64,000 nt of DNA from an uncultured Acidimicrobiaceae bacterium (GTDB lineage Bacteria; Actinomycetota; Acidimicrobiia; Acidimicrobiales; RAAP-2), in assembly GCA_963817005.1 (NCBI GenBank), contig CAWFMN010000004.1, positions 1,125,358-1,189,357 on the forward strand, written 5' to 3'. Positions 39,668 through 48,420 of the stretch are shown here, in pieces. A program made the position numbers and the translations under genes. Each line of letters starts with the position of its first letter. Within the stretch, counting starts at the first letter, position 1. The notes under the pieces are model-generated. The model was not told the origin of the DNA. It worked only from the letters and a program-made list of their open reading frames with translations, and ran no database searches.

Positions 39668-41493
39668 CAGCCCACCCGGACCGTGCTGGTGGCTGCTCCC
39701 ACGATGGGGGCGTTGAGGTGGGAGCCGCCGTGGGAGCCCTCGAAGGTGGCGTCCCCGTAGGTGAAGATGCCTCCGTCCGAGGCCACCAGCCAGTAGCCCT
39801 GGCCGTCACCTGTCGACGCCATGCCCACGATGGGGGCGTTGAGGTGGGAGCCGCCGTGGGAGCCCTCGAAGGTGGCGTCCCCGTAGGTGAAGATGCCTCC
39901 GTCCGAGGCCACCAGCCAGTAGCCCTGGCCGTCACCTGTCGACGCCATGCCCACGATGGGGGCGTTGAGGTGGGAGCCGCCGTGGGAGCCCTCGAAGGTG
40001 GCGTCCCCGTAGGTGAAGATGCCTCCGTCCGAGGCCACCAGCCAGTAGCCCCCGCCGTCCGGTGTGCCGCTCATCGCCACGATGGGGGCGTTGAGGTGGG
40101 AGCCGCCGTGGGAGCCCTCGAAGGTGGCGTCCCCGTAGCTGAAGATGCCTCCGTCCGAGGCCACCAGCCAGTAGCCCTGGCCGTCACCTGTCGACGCCAT
40201 GCCCACGATGGGGGCGTTGAGGTGGGAGCCGCCGTGGGAGCCCTCGAAGGTGGCGTCCCCGTAGGTGAAGATGCCTCCGTCCGAGGCCACCAGCCAGTAG
40301 CCCCCGCCGTCCGGTGTGCCGCTCATCGCCACGATGGGGGCGTTGAGGTGGGAGCCGCCGTGGGAGCCCTCGAAGGTGGCGCTGCCGTAGGTGAACACGC
40401 CGCCGTCCGAGGCGGCCAGCCGGTACCCGCCGGCTATCTGAAACGGATCCACCACGCCGGCCACCGCCGGCACCGCCTGGAAGGTGGCGGTCAGGTCGGC
40501 CCCACCACCGAGCGAGAACTGGAAGGCCCCGGCGTCGGCTCCCGTGCTCAACTGGAAGGAAACCAGGGTGCTGACCGGGTCGCCCGACACTTTGACGAAC
40601 GGTGCCGCGGTCGGCGACTGGCCCAGCGCCACCAGCGCCTGGACGACCAGCGCCGTGGAGTCGGGATCCGTAGGTCCGGGGTGAGACGTCGGGTTGGCAT
40701 AGTAGGCCCATCCCCCGTCGCCCTGCTGCGTGGCTGTGAGGTAGCTCAACGCCGCGCTCTCGCTCGTGGACCCCAGGACCCCCTGGGCCACCAGGCCCTG
40801 TGCGGCCACGGCCGTCGAGTTGGTGTCCGCCCCGGCGAAGGCGTTCGGGTCACCGGTGCACGGGTTGAGAGCCACGTCGCTGGACCATCCGCCGTTGGAG
40901 CACTGCTGGCCCAATAGCCAGCTCTCCGCCGTCCCCAGCTGGGCGCTGCCGGTCACTCCGACCGCGGCGAGGGCGGACAGCGCCAGACCCTGCCGATAGG
41001 CGCCGTCGAAGGTGGGATCCTGCACGCCGAAGAGGCCCGTGGGCTGTTCGGTGGCCAGCAGCCGGCGGACCAGGTCGGTGCCACCGAACGAGTAGGGGTC
41101 GGCCCTCAGCGCATGGGCGTCGAGTATGAGCAACGCCAATTGGCTGGCACCGTCACTCCCCGAGACCGTCACATACTGGGACACCTGGGTGCTGAGGTAG
41201 ATCAGCGCGGCGTTGGCCCGGGGGAGGTCGGTGTCCGCGGCGGACAGCGCCAGGACGGTGTTGGCCGTAAAGGACAGGTTGGCCTGCCCGGGGGCGTTCC
41301 CGGGGATGTAACCGGACGGAGTCAACTGGTTGGCCAGCCACCCGGCGCCGGCACGGGCCGAGTCCGGCTGGGGGAACACAGTCGATGAGACGAGGGACGG
41401 GGCGGAGGCGCCGGCGATCATCGGTGCCGCAACGATCCCCGTCATGAGGCAGACCCCGAGGCCTGCCGTCGCCAGTAGGCGCTTGATGGACAT
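39667..41493 (-). CDS. secreted prenyltransferase/terpene-cyclase-like (alpha/alpha toroid) protein with six C-terminal 40-aa repeats
   Basis: Signal peptide: MSIKRLLATAGLGVCLMTGIVAAPMIAGASA. Toroid-type repeats: QQCSNGGWSS and QQGDGGWAYY. Then 6 x GYWLVASDGGIFTYGDATFEGSHGGSHLNAPIVGMASTGDGQ. The stop overlaps the next start (TGATG). Confidence 0.8.
   Translation of the reverse strand: MSIKRLLATAGLGVCLMTGIVAAPMIAGASAPSLVSSTVFPQPDSARAGAGWLANQLTPSGYIPGNAPGQANLSFTANTVLALSAADTDLPRANAALIYLSTQVSQYVTVSGSDGASQLALLILDAHALRADPYSFGGTDLVRRLLATEQPTGLFGVQDPTFDGAYRQGLALSALAAVGVTGSAQLGTAESWLLGQQCSNGGWSSDVALNPCTGDPNAFAGADTNSTAVAAQGLVAQGVLGSTSESAALSYLTATQQGDGGWAYYANPTSHPGPTDPDSTALVVQALVALGQSPTAAPFVKVSGDPVSTLVSFQLSTGADAGAFQFSLGGGADLTATFQAVPAVAGVVDPFQIAGGYRLAASDGGVFTYGSATFEGSHGGSHLNAPIVAMSGTPDGGGYWLVASDGGIFTYGDATFEGSHGGSHLNAPIVGMASTGDGQGYWLVASDGGIFSYGDATFEGSHGGSHLNAPIVAMSGTPDGGGYWLVASDGGIFTYGDATFEGSHGGSHLNAPIVGMASTGDGQGYWLVASDGGIFTYGDATFEGSHGGSHLNAPIVGMASTGDGQGYWLVASDGGIFTYGDATFEGSHGGSHLNAPIVGAATSTVRVG
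39694..40428 (-). repeat. six tandem 120-bp near-identical coding repeats (two alternating variants, order A-B-A-B-B-terminal)
   Basis: Near-identical DNA blocks visible at 39700-40420. Protein units differ only in the linker: VAMSGTPDGG versus VGMASTGDGQ. Confidence 0.95.
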
Positions 41494-41539
41494 TGGGGTG
41501 ATTCCTCACTTCCGGACGGTGACCCGGAAGCCTCATGGA

Positions 41540-41725
41540 ACCTCGACGGGTCCGTGACCAACCGAGTCCCTGCCGCATGTTCTCGACGGGATTGGACTCA
41601 ACGAACAGCCCATCGGTATCCCGGCTCGTGACGAGTGTCTCCACCCGCCACCCACGGTTGCGGACCAGCGCCGGATTTCGACCGGCTTCCCCGAAGTGCT
41701 GCTTGGTGCTGCAGACGGACCCTAC
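41540..41725 (-). promoter_or_regulatory. cobalamin (B12) riboswitch-like leader
   Basis: Minus-strand read 41692->41653: GGGGAAGCCGGTCGAAATCCGGCGCTGGTCCGCAACCGTG (compare the core GGGAA..GGTG..AATCC..GC.G..CCGC.AC.GT). B12-box-like GAGCCGGGATACC at 41627->41615. Hairpin CTTCCGG-N8-CCGGAAG (41530->41509) abuts the GAGGA RBS (41507->41503). Boundaries are approximate. Confidence 0.6.
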
Positions 41726-41844
41726 CAGGACGAGCGGACCCTGGCTCGTGGCCGCCTGGGTCGACCCGCTCACGACCCGGTCGACCCGGGGTCCGGCTCG
41801 ACGCCTCCCTGTGCCCGCCCGCGGCCGGCTCGCTCGGTGGCGGT

Positions 41845-42885
41845 TCAGTCGATGACCGAGATGGGCCTGCCGGTACCGGCCCGTCGGAGATGACGGAGCA
41901 CCTCCCGGTAGGCCCGCCAGGGACTCTGCTCGGCGTAGGCGATCCGGCGCTCGGCGCAGAAGGGGCGCACCACGGCCCGGGCCCGGCGCAGGTTGGCCCG
42001 GGGCATGGACGGGAAGAGGTGGTGCTCGATCTGGGTGTCGAGCCCGCCGTAGAGGAAGCCGGTGAACGAGGGCCCGGTCAGGTTGCGTGACGTGAGCACC
42101 TGTCGGCGCAGGAATCCCAACTCGTCGGTGCCGGACAGCGTGGGCATGCCCACGTGGTTGGTGATGAAACTCACCCCCAGATAGAAGCCCAACAAGGCCT
42201 GGGTGACAAGGATGAACCCCACGGCCCGGAGCGGCGAGAGCACGAGGAAAGGGGCCACGAAGAAGAGGAGGACGTGGACAGCCAGGAGGCCGACCTCGCC
42301 GGCCACCGCACGGTCGCGCCGGCGGGCCAGCGAGATGGCGCTGGCCACGTGGAGGTTGAGGGCCTCGAGGAACAGCAGTGGCAACAACAGGAGCATCTGC
42401 GACCGGGCGAACCGGCGTCCGAACCGTCCACGACCCCTGGCCTGATCCGGCGTGTAGACCAATGCCCCCGGCACCAGGTCCGGGTCCTTGTCGGGGCGAT
42501 TGGTGTGGGCGTGGTGGCGGTTGTGCTTGGTCAACCACCATCCGAAGCTGAAGCCCACGAACAGATTGGCTACCAGCAGCCCGATGAGATCGTTGCCGCG
42601 TCGATGCACGCAGATCTGACGGTGGCCGGCGTCGTGACCGATGAAGCCCAGTTGGGTGAGGACGAAGGCCAGCACCGCGGCGGCCACCAGCACCCACCAG
42701 GTGTTACCGAGCAGCACCACGGCGGCGGCCACTGCCCCGAGCGCGGCGAGCGACACGACGATCTTGGCCGAGTAGTAGCCGCGTCGTCGGCCCAGCAGCC
42801 CGTCGTCGCGGACCTGACGCGAGAGCTCGGCGAAGTCCTGGCCAGTCGAGGCGATGGAGGGCGAAGCCTCGAACGTCGTGTCCAT
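41845..42885 (-). CDS. membrane fatty acid (acyl-CoA/acyl-lipid) desaturase
   Basis: Three histidine boxes: HDAGHRQ, HNRHHAH, QIEHHLFP. 346 aa with TM helices. Confidence 0.9.
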   Translation of the reverse strand: MDTTFEASPSIASTGQDFAELSRQVRDDGLLGRRRGYYSAKIVVSLAALGAVAAAVVLLGNTWWVLVAAAVLAFVLTQLGFIGHDAGHRQICVHRRGNDLIGLLVANLFVGFSFGWWLTKHNRHHAHTNRPDKDPDLVPGALVYTPDQARGRGRFGRRFARSQMLLLLPLLFLEALNLHVASAISLARRRDRAVAGEVGLLAVHVLLFFVAPFLVLSPLRAVGFILVTQALLGFYLGVSFITNHVGMPTLSGTDELGFLRRQVLTSRNLTGPSFTGFLYGGLDTQIEHHLFPSMPRANLRRARAVVRPFCAERRIAYAEQSPWRAYREVLRHLRRAGTGRPISVID

Positions 42886-43286
42886 GGGGGTCTCTCGGTC
42901 GGCGCCCGCAGGCGGTGGGGGTGACGATCAGGACTCCATCCACCGCTGCACTGGTAGGGGCGAAGACAGGACCCGTCCTTCGACGAGGATCGGGCGCACG
43001 GCGACGCCTGCCCGACCCGGACCGAAGCTGACTCCTCCAGTGTACGCCGCGCCGGACCCGTCGGAGCGGCAACACCAGGTGATCCGTGTTTCCTGACAAA
43101 GTCGATATGGGACTGGCCGACCACGCCGACGCCTGGCCGGGCACCCTGTCGGGAGGTGAGGCCCAACGGTGGCCCTGGCTCGGGCGCTGGTCCGGCGACG
43201 CGTGAACGGCCCGCACAGCAGCCGCCCAACCACGGAGAGGGGTCACCCCTGGCCCAACGCCAAAGGCGTGTGGTTCGCTTTCCTCC

Positions 43287-44393
43287 GTGCCCGGGGCGAC
43301 ACCAAGACGATGGGGCGTTGTGGCGGCGGTCCTGGCCGTGGCCGCGGTGGTCATCGGCGTCAGCTACACCGTCTCGTCCAGCGCCTCCCCGGCGCCCACG
43401 TCGTCGGCGTCGCCCACCCACCTGGTGGCGACGGGCCAGGGCGGCCCGGTGCCGTCGAGGGGTTGCGCCCTCCCCGGAGGTGCGTCGGTCACCGACCAGC
43501 TCCAAGGCCTCGAGGTAGCGGGCGCAACCCGATGGTACCTGCTCACCACACCGGGACCCACCACCCCGAGCCGGCCAGCGGGCGGGCCCCGGACCGCGGC
43601 AGCCTCGCCCCGACCGCTGGTCCTCGACTTCCACGGCGTGGACGAGGGGGCGGTGCTCCAGTCCTTCACCTCGGGGTTCGGGGCTCTGGGCCAGCAGGAC
43701 GGCTTCGTGGTCGTCACCCCCAGCGGGACCGGTGCCCCACTCCACTGGGACACCACCGACCACAGCATGTCCAATCCCGACCTGCAGTTCGTGGCCGCCC
43801 TCCTCGATCAGGTCGAGGCCACCCAGTGCATCGACACCTCGCGGGTGTACGCCACCGGGTTCTCCGACGGTGCGGTCATGGCATCCCAGCTGGCCTGCAC
43901 CATGTCCGACCGGTTCGCCGCCATCGGGGCGGTGTCGGGTCTCGAGCTCCAACCGTCCTGCAACCCGTTGCGTCCGGTGCCGATCATCACCTTCCACGGG
44001 ACTGCCGATCCCATCCTGTACTTCAACGGCGGAGCGGACTCCACCGCCCTCGCCGAGCTGCTCGGACCGGACGAGCCGGTACCCCCTCCCGGTGCGGCCA
44101 CCCAGCCACCCCGGCTGGACGGCCCCGGGGTGCCCGCCACCGTCCAGGCCTGGGCGGTCAAGGACGGGTGCAACCCGCGTCACATCGACAACCGGGTGGG
44201 CAGCCAGGTCATCGTCCGCCGGTACACCTGCCCCTCGGGAATCGACGTCCGGTTCTACATCGTCCTCGGCGGTGGGCACGAGTGGCCCGGCAGTGCCGTC
44301 AGCAACGCCGGCGGCTCGCGAGCCGGGATGACGACCCTCCAAGTGGACGCCACCGACCAGATGTGGGAGTTCTTCCAGCAGTTCCAGCTGTAG
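43287..44393 (+). CDS. secreted esterase, PHB-depolymerase/LpqC-like family
   Basis: N-terminal TM/signal helix (WGVVAAVLAVAAVVIGV), LVLDFHG, YATGFSDGAVMAS (GxSxG), ITFHGTADP, GGGHEWPG. Confidence 0.75.
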   Translation: MPGATPRRWGVVAAVLAVAAVVIGVSYTVSSSASPAPTSSASPTHLVATGQGGPVPSRGCALPGGASVTDQLQGLEVAGATRWYLLTTPGPTTPSRPAGGPRTAAASPRPLVLDFHGVDEGAVLQSFTSGFGALGQQDGFVVVTPSGTGAPLHWDTTDHSMSNPDLQFVAALLDQVEATQCIDTSRVYATGFSDGAVMASQLACTMSDRFAAIGAVSGLELQPSCNPLRPVPIITFHGTADPILYFNGGADSTALAELLGPDEPVPPPGAATQPPRLDGPGVPATVQAWAVKDGCNPRHIDNRVGSQVIVRRYTCPSGIDVRFYIVLGGGHEWPGSAVSNAGGSRAGMTTLQVDATDQMWEFFQQFQL

Positions 44394-44449
44394 CCGGCCC
44401 GGCCCGCCGGCGCGCCACCGTCCCACCCGGGCCATGGTCGCCAGGTACG

Positions 44450-44746
44450 ATGCTGGCCATGGCTTCGGGAGGGTTCGTGCGCTCCTTGCACGACAGACTC
44501 TTCGTGGATCCGGTTCGTCGAGTGGTGGCCCAGGAGGTCGAGAACGCCTCCGTCCGCCTGGCGGCCACCGTCGAAGAGACCCACCGGGACCTGCAGCGGA
44601 TCCTCGGGGACCTGGCTGACGCCAACGACCAGGTGGCCGAGGCCATCGGGCGAAGCCTCACCCGCCTGAGCGCGGAGACCGAGGTGCTCCACGACGAGCT
44701 GAAGCGTCTGGGCCGGACCCCGGGTGAGCCGGAACCGACCCCTTGA
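44450..44746 (+). CDS. small hypothetical protein (98 aa, predicted helical/coiled-coil)
   Basis: ATG 44450 within ORF 43169..44746: VENASVRLAATVEETHRDLQRILGDLADANDQVAEAIGRSLTRLSAETEVLHDELKRL. Its stop overlaps the next start (TTGA). No family recognised. Confidence 0.45.
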   Translation: MLAMASGGFVRSLHDRLFVDPVRRVVAQEVENASVRLAATVEETHRDLQRILGDLADANDQVAEAIGRSLTRLSAETEVLHDELKRLGRTPGEPEPTP

Positions 44747-47123
44747 CCCCTGCGGTACCCGGCGCCCCGCTCGTCCTGGATCTCCAAGCCGCCCAGAGCC
44801 CGACCTATCGGGAGCGTGGGGTGGCCCGTTACGCCGTCGACTTCACCGCCGCCCTCGTGCAGACGGTGCCGCACCTGGTGGACCAGGTGCTGGTCCGACC
44901 GGACCTCGCCCCCATCGACGACCTGCCTGACGCCCTGCGCCTTGGCCCGGTCACCGCCGAGGCCGACTGGAGCATGCCCGGAGGCGTGTTCCATGCCCTC
45001 TCCCCCTTCGACCTCGCCACCCCGGTGCGGGCCATCTGGCCCCGTGAGGCGTCGCGCGCCGGACGCCGGTTGGTGGTCACCGTCTACGACCTGATCCCCG
45101 AGCTGTTCCCCGACACCTACCTGGTCGATCCCGGGACACGGCACCGCTACCGCGCCCGACGGGAGCTGATCCGGGCCGCCGACCACGTGGTCACCCTCTC
45201 GCAGTCGGCGGCCGACGACGTCGCCGACCACCTGGGCGTGCCCGACCACCGCCTGACCGTGGTCGGCGCGGCGTGCTCCGACGTGTTCCGGCCGGGCGAC
45301 GACGGGGCGGACGACGCCGAGCGGGCCCGGGCCCTGCTCCCCGGCCTCGGGGAGCGGACCGTGGTCTACAACGGTGCCGTCGAGCCCCGCAAGAACATGG
45401 AGGGGCTGATCCGGGCGTTCGCCCGGCTGCCCGACGAGATCCGCCACCGTCACCAGCTGGTGCTGGTGTGCCGGCTCGATGCCTCGGAGCGCAACCACTA
45501 TGAGGTCCTGGCGCGCACCCTGGGCCTGCCCGACGGCGCGCTGCTCCTGACCGGTGTGGTCTCGGACGCCGCCCTCGTCCGGCTGTACCGCACCGCCACC
45601 CTGGTGGTCTTCCCCTCCCTCTACGAGGGGTACGGCCTGCCGGTGGCCGAGGCCATGGCCTGTGGTGCCCCGGTGGTGGCCTCGCGGCAACTCCTCGCTG
45701 CGGGAACTGGTGGAGACCGAGGCCACCTTCGATCCGACCGACCCGGACGCCATGGCCGGCGCCATCGAACGGGGCCTGGTCGACGAGCCGTTCCGCCGGC
45801 GCCTTCTGGCCTGGTCGGCCCGACCCCGTCTCACCTGGTCCGAGGTGGCCGAGCGGGCCGCCGCCGTCTACCGGGGCCTGAGCACCGAGCCCGGAGGAGG
45901 TGGTCCCCGCCGGCCGGCGGCCTGGCCCCGACGCCGGCGGGTGGCCCTGGTCACACCCTGGCCCCCGGCCGCCACCGGGGTGGCCTCCTACTCCCGCCGA
46001 CTGGCCCGAGCCCTGGCCGACACGGTCGAGGTCGACCTGTTCCTCGACGGAGACTCGGTCGCTCGGCCAGAAGCCGAACCGGAGTTCGTGTCGTACCCGG
46101 CCCGGGCGCTGCCGGTGGTCGACCCGGTCCAGGGGGGCTACGACGCCGTGGTCGCCTGCGTGGGGAACAGTGAGCACCACACGGGCGCGCTGGCGCTGGT
46201 GCGCCGGGACCGCATCCCCGCCGCGGTGCTGGCCCACGACGTCCGACTCAACGGGCTGTACCGACACGGGGCGGCGCGGGGCGCGGTCCCCGAAGGTAAC
46301 GCCGCCGTGGTCACCGCCCTGTACGAGGGTGCGTCCGAGGCGTGGGTCCGCGAGGGCTGGCTGCAGCCGGCGGACGCCGAGTCCCGCGGGGTGTTCATGG
46401 CCCGGGAGCTCGTCGGGTTGGCCGAACCCTTCATCGTCACCTCCGAGTACGCCGCCGAACTGGCCCGCCTCGACGCCCGACCCGAGGACCGGGGACGAGT
46501 GGTGGTGTGTCCCTACGCCTATCCCCCGCCGGTGCCCCGACCGGCCGGGGCCGAGCAGGCCGGACTGGTGTGCACGTTCGGTCTGGTCAACGGCATCAAG
46601 CAGCCCGAGCTACTACTGGCTTCGTTCGCCCTGGTCCACCGCGACGACCCCGACACCCACCTGGCCTTCGTGGGCCCGATCGACCCGGCCCTGCGCGAGC
46701 GCTACCACGCGCTGGCCGCTGCGACTGGGGGTGGCCGGGGCGGTGACCTTCACCGGGGCGGTGGACGACGACGAGTACGACGGTTGGCTGACGCGGGCGT
46801 CGTTGGCCGTGCAGCTCCGGGCCAGCACCAACGGTGAGACCTCCGGTGCGGTGGCCGACAGCCTGTCCCACGGCTTGACGACGGTGGTGACCGACGACGG
46901 GCCGGCCCACGGGTTGCCCGGCTTCGTGGCCAAGGTCCCGGTGGACGTCACGCCGGCGGCGCTGGCCGGGGTGGTGGGCGATCTCCTCCACGGCCCCCGG
47001 GAACGATCGAACCGGTCCGCACTCGGCCTGGCCTTCGTGGCCGGGATGGGCTTCGACCGCGGGGCCGCCGACCTGCTGGCCATCCTGGGCCTGGCCGTGA
47101 CCGGGGAGACTCTGGCGTCGTGA
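44743..47123 (+). CDS. two-module GT4-type (GT-B) glycosyltransferase; frameshifts near 45686 and in the G5 run at 46727-46731
   Basis: Module 1 (ORF 44743..46173): VVTVYDLIPELFP, GAVEPRKNM, FPSLYEGYGLPVAEAMACGAPVVAS. It continues in ORF 45554..46837: SSLRELVETEATFDP..RVALVTPWPP..GVASYS..CTFGLVNGIKQPELL. Then ORF 45900..47123: VTFTGAVDDDEYDGWL..LRASTNGETSGAVADSLSHG. Confidence 0.75.
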
Positions 47124-48334
47124 GCCGGTCGGTGGTGGTGGTGTCCCTACGGGCCGGGGACTGGCTCGAGCCCTGCCTCGAATCGGTCCGGGACCAGGCC
47201 GATCAGTTGGTGGTGGTGGACAACGGCTCGGCCGGGTCCGAGGTGTCCGAGGTCGGCAGGCGCTTCGGCGCCCTGGTGGTCAGGAACCGGGACAACCAGG
47301 GGTTCGCCGGCGGGGCCAACCAGGGGATCCGCCAGGCCACCGGCGAGGTGGTGGCGCTGCTCAACGACGACGCCGTGGCCGAGGCGACCTGGCTGGACGC
47401 CACCGAGCCGGCCCTGGGCGACCCGTCGGTCGCCGCCGTCACCCCGAAGGTCCTGCTCGACGGGTGGTACGGCCAGCTCCCGGCGGCCGACGACGTCTGG
47501 TACGCCCCGGGCGACACACGGCCCCTGGGTCGGCAGCTGACCTCGGTCCGCCACGGCGGCGACGAGCTCATCGACCGGTTGGTGGGCCCCGGCGTCCATC
47601 GGCTGGAGTCGGGTGTGGTCGACGGCGTGCCCACCCGTTGGCGGTGGACCCGGCCGGGCAAACCGTACTTCGCCCCGCTCCCCGGTCCCGACCCGGAGGC
47701 CACGGTCATGCTCAACGGGACCGACGAGGTGCACCTGACGGCGGTGTGCCGGCTGATCAACAACACCGGGCTGTTCCTCCGGTCCGACGGCTACTCGGGG
47801 GACCATGGCCTCGAGTGCCCCGACGACGGGCGGTGGGACCAGCCACGCGAGACCTTCGGGGCCAGTGGCACGGCCCTGGTGACGCGCGCCGACGTGCTCC
47901 ACCGGGTGGGGCTGTTGGCCGAGCCGTTCTTCGCCTACTACGAGGACACCGACTGGAGCTGGCGAGCCCGGCGCCACGGACTGGCGGTGACCTATCTGCC
48001 GACCACCTCGGTCTCCCACCGACGGTCGGTGACCTCGGTGGAGACGCTGGGGGACCGGGTCCGGATCCTCGGCGAGCGCAACCGGCTGCTCTGCCTGGTG
48101 CGCAACGCTCCCGGCGGGGAGCTGGCGCGGCAGGTGTGGAGGCGGGTGGCGGATGGCCCCGACCACGGGATCCGACGCGGGATGCTCACCCACCTGCCCT
48201 GGGCCCTGGCCACACGCGCCCAGCTGTCCCGCGGCTCGACCGTGGGCGTGACCGAGCTGTGGGACCGCTGGGCGGGGGCCGACGCGAGCTGGGACGACGG
48301 GCCCGCCGGTGCGGTGGAGGCCACGGGTGGCTGA
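47120..48334 (+). CDS. GT2-family glycosyltransferase (rhamnosyltransferase-like)
   Basis: VVVVSLRAGDWLEPCLESV, LVVVDNGSAG, NQGFAGGANQG, ALLNDDAV, YYEDTDWSWRARRHG. GTG overlaps the previous stop (GTGA). Confidence 0.85.
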   Translation: MSRSVVVVSLRAGDWLEPCLESVRDQADQLVVVDNGSAGSEVSEVGRRFGALVVRNRDNQGFAGGANQGIRQATGEVVALLNDDAVAEATWLDATEPALGDPSVAAVTPKVLLDGWYGQLPAADDVWYAPGDTRPLGRQLTSVRHGGDELIDRLVGPGVHRLESGVVDGVPTRWRWTRPGKPYFAPLPGPDPEATVMLNGTDEVHLTAVCRLINNTGLFLRSDGYSGDHGLECPDDGRWDQPRETFGASGTALVTRADVLHRVGLLAEPFFAYYEDTDWSWRARRHGLAVTYLPTTSVSHRRSVTSVETLGDRVRILGERNRLLCLVRNAPGGELARQVWRRVADGPDHGIRRGMLTHLPWALATRAQLSRGSTVGVTELWDRWAGADASWDDGPAGAVEATGG

Positions 48335-48420
48335 CCCCGGGCCCGATCCCGCCGCCGGACCGTCCGGCCCGCGGCCCCGGACCCGACGCCCGGGCGCTGC
48401 ACGACCGGATCCGGGCCACG

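Noticed and set aside
39694-40428. Regular 120-bp repeats considered as a possible CRISPR array.
   Set aside because: The units are directly adjacent with no unique spacers, are far longer than CRISPR repeats, and translate in frame into a repeat protein.
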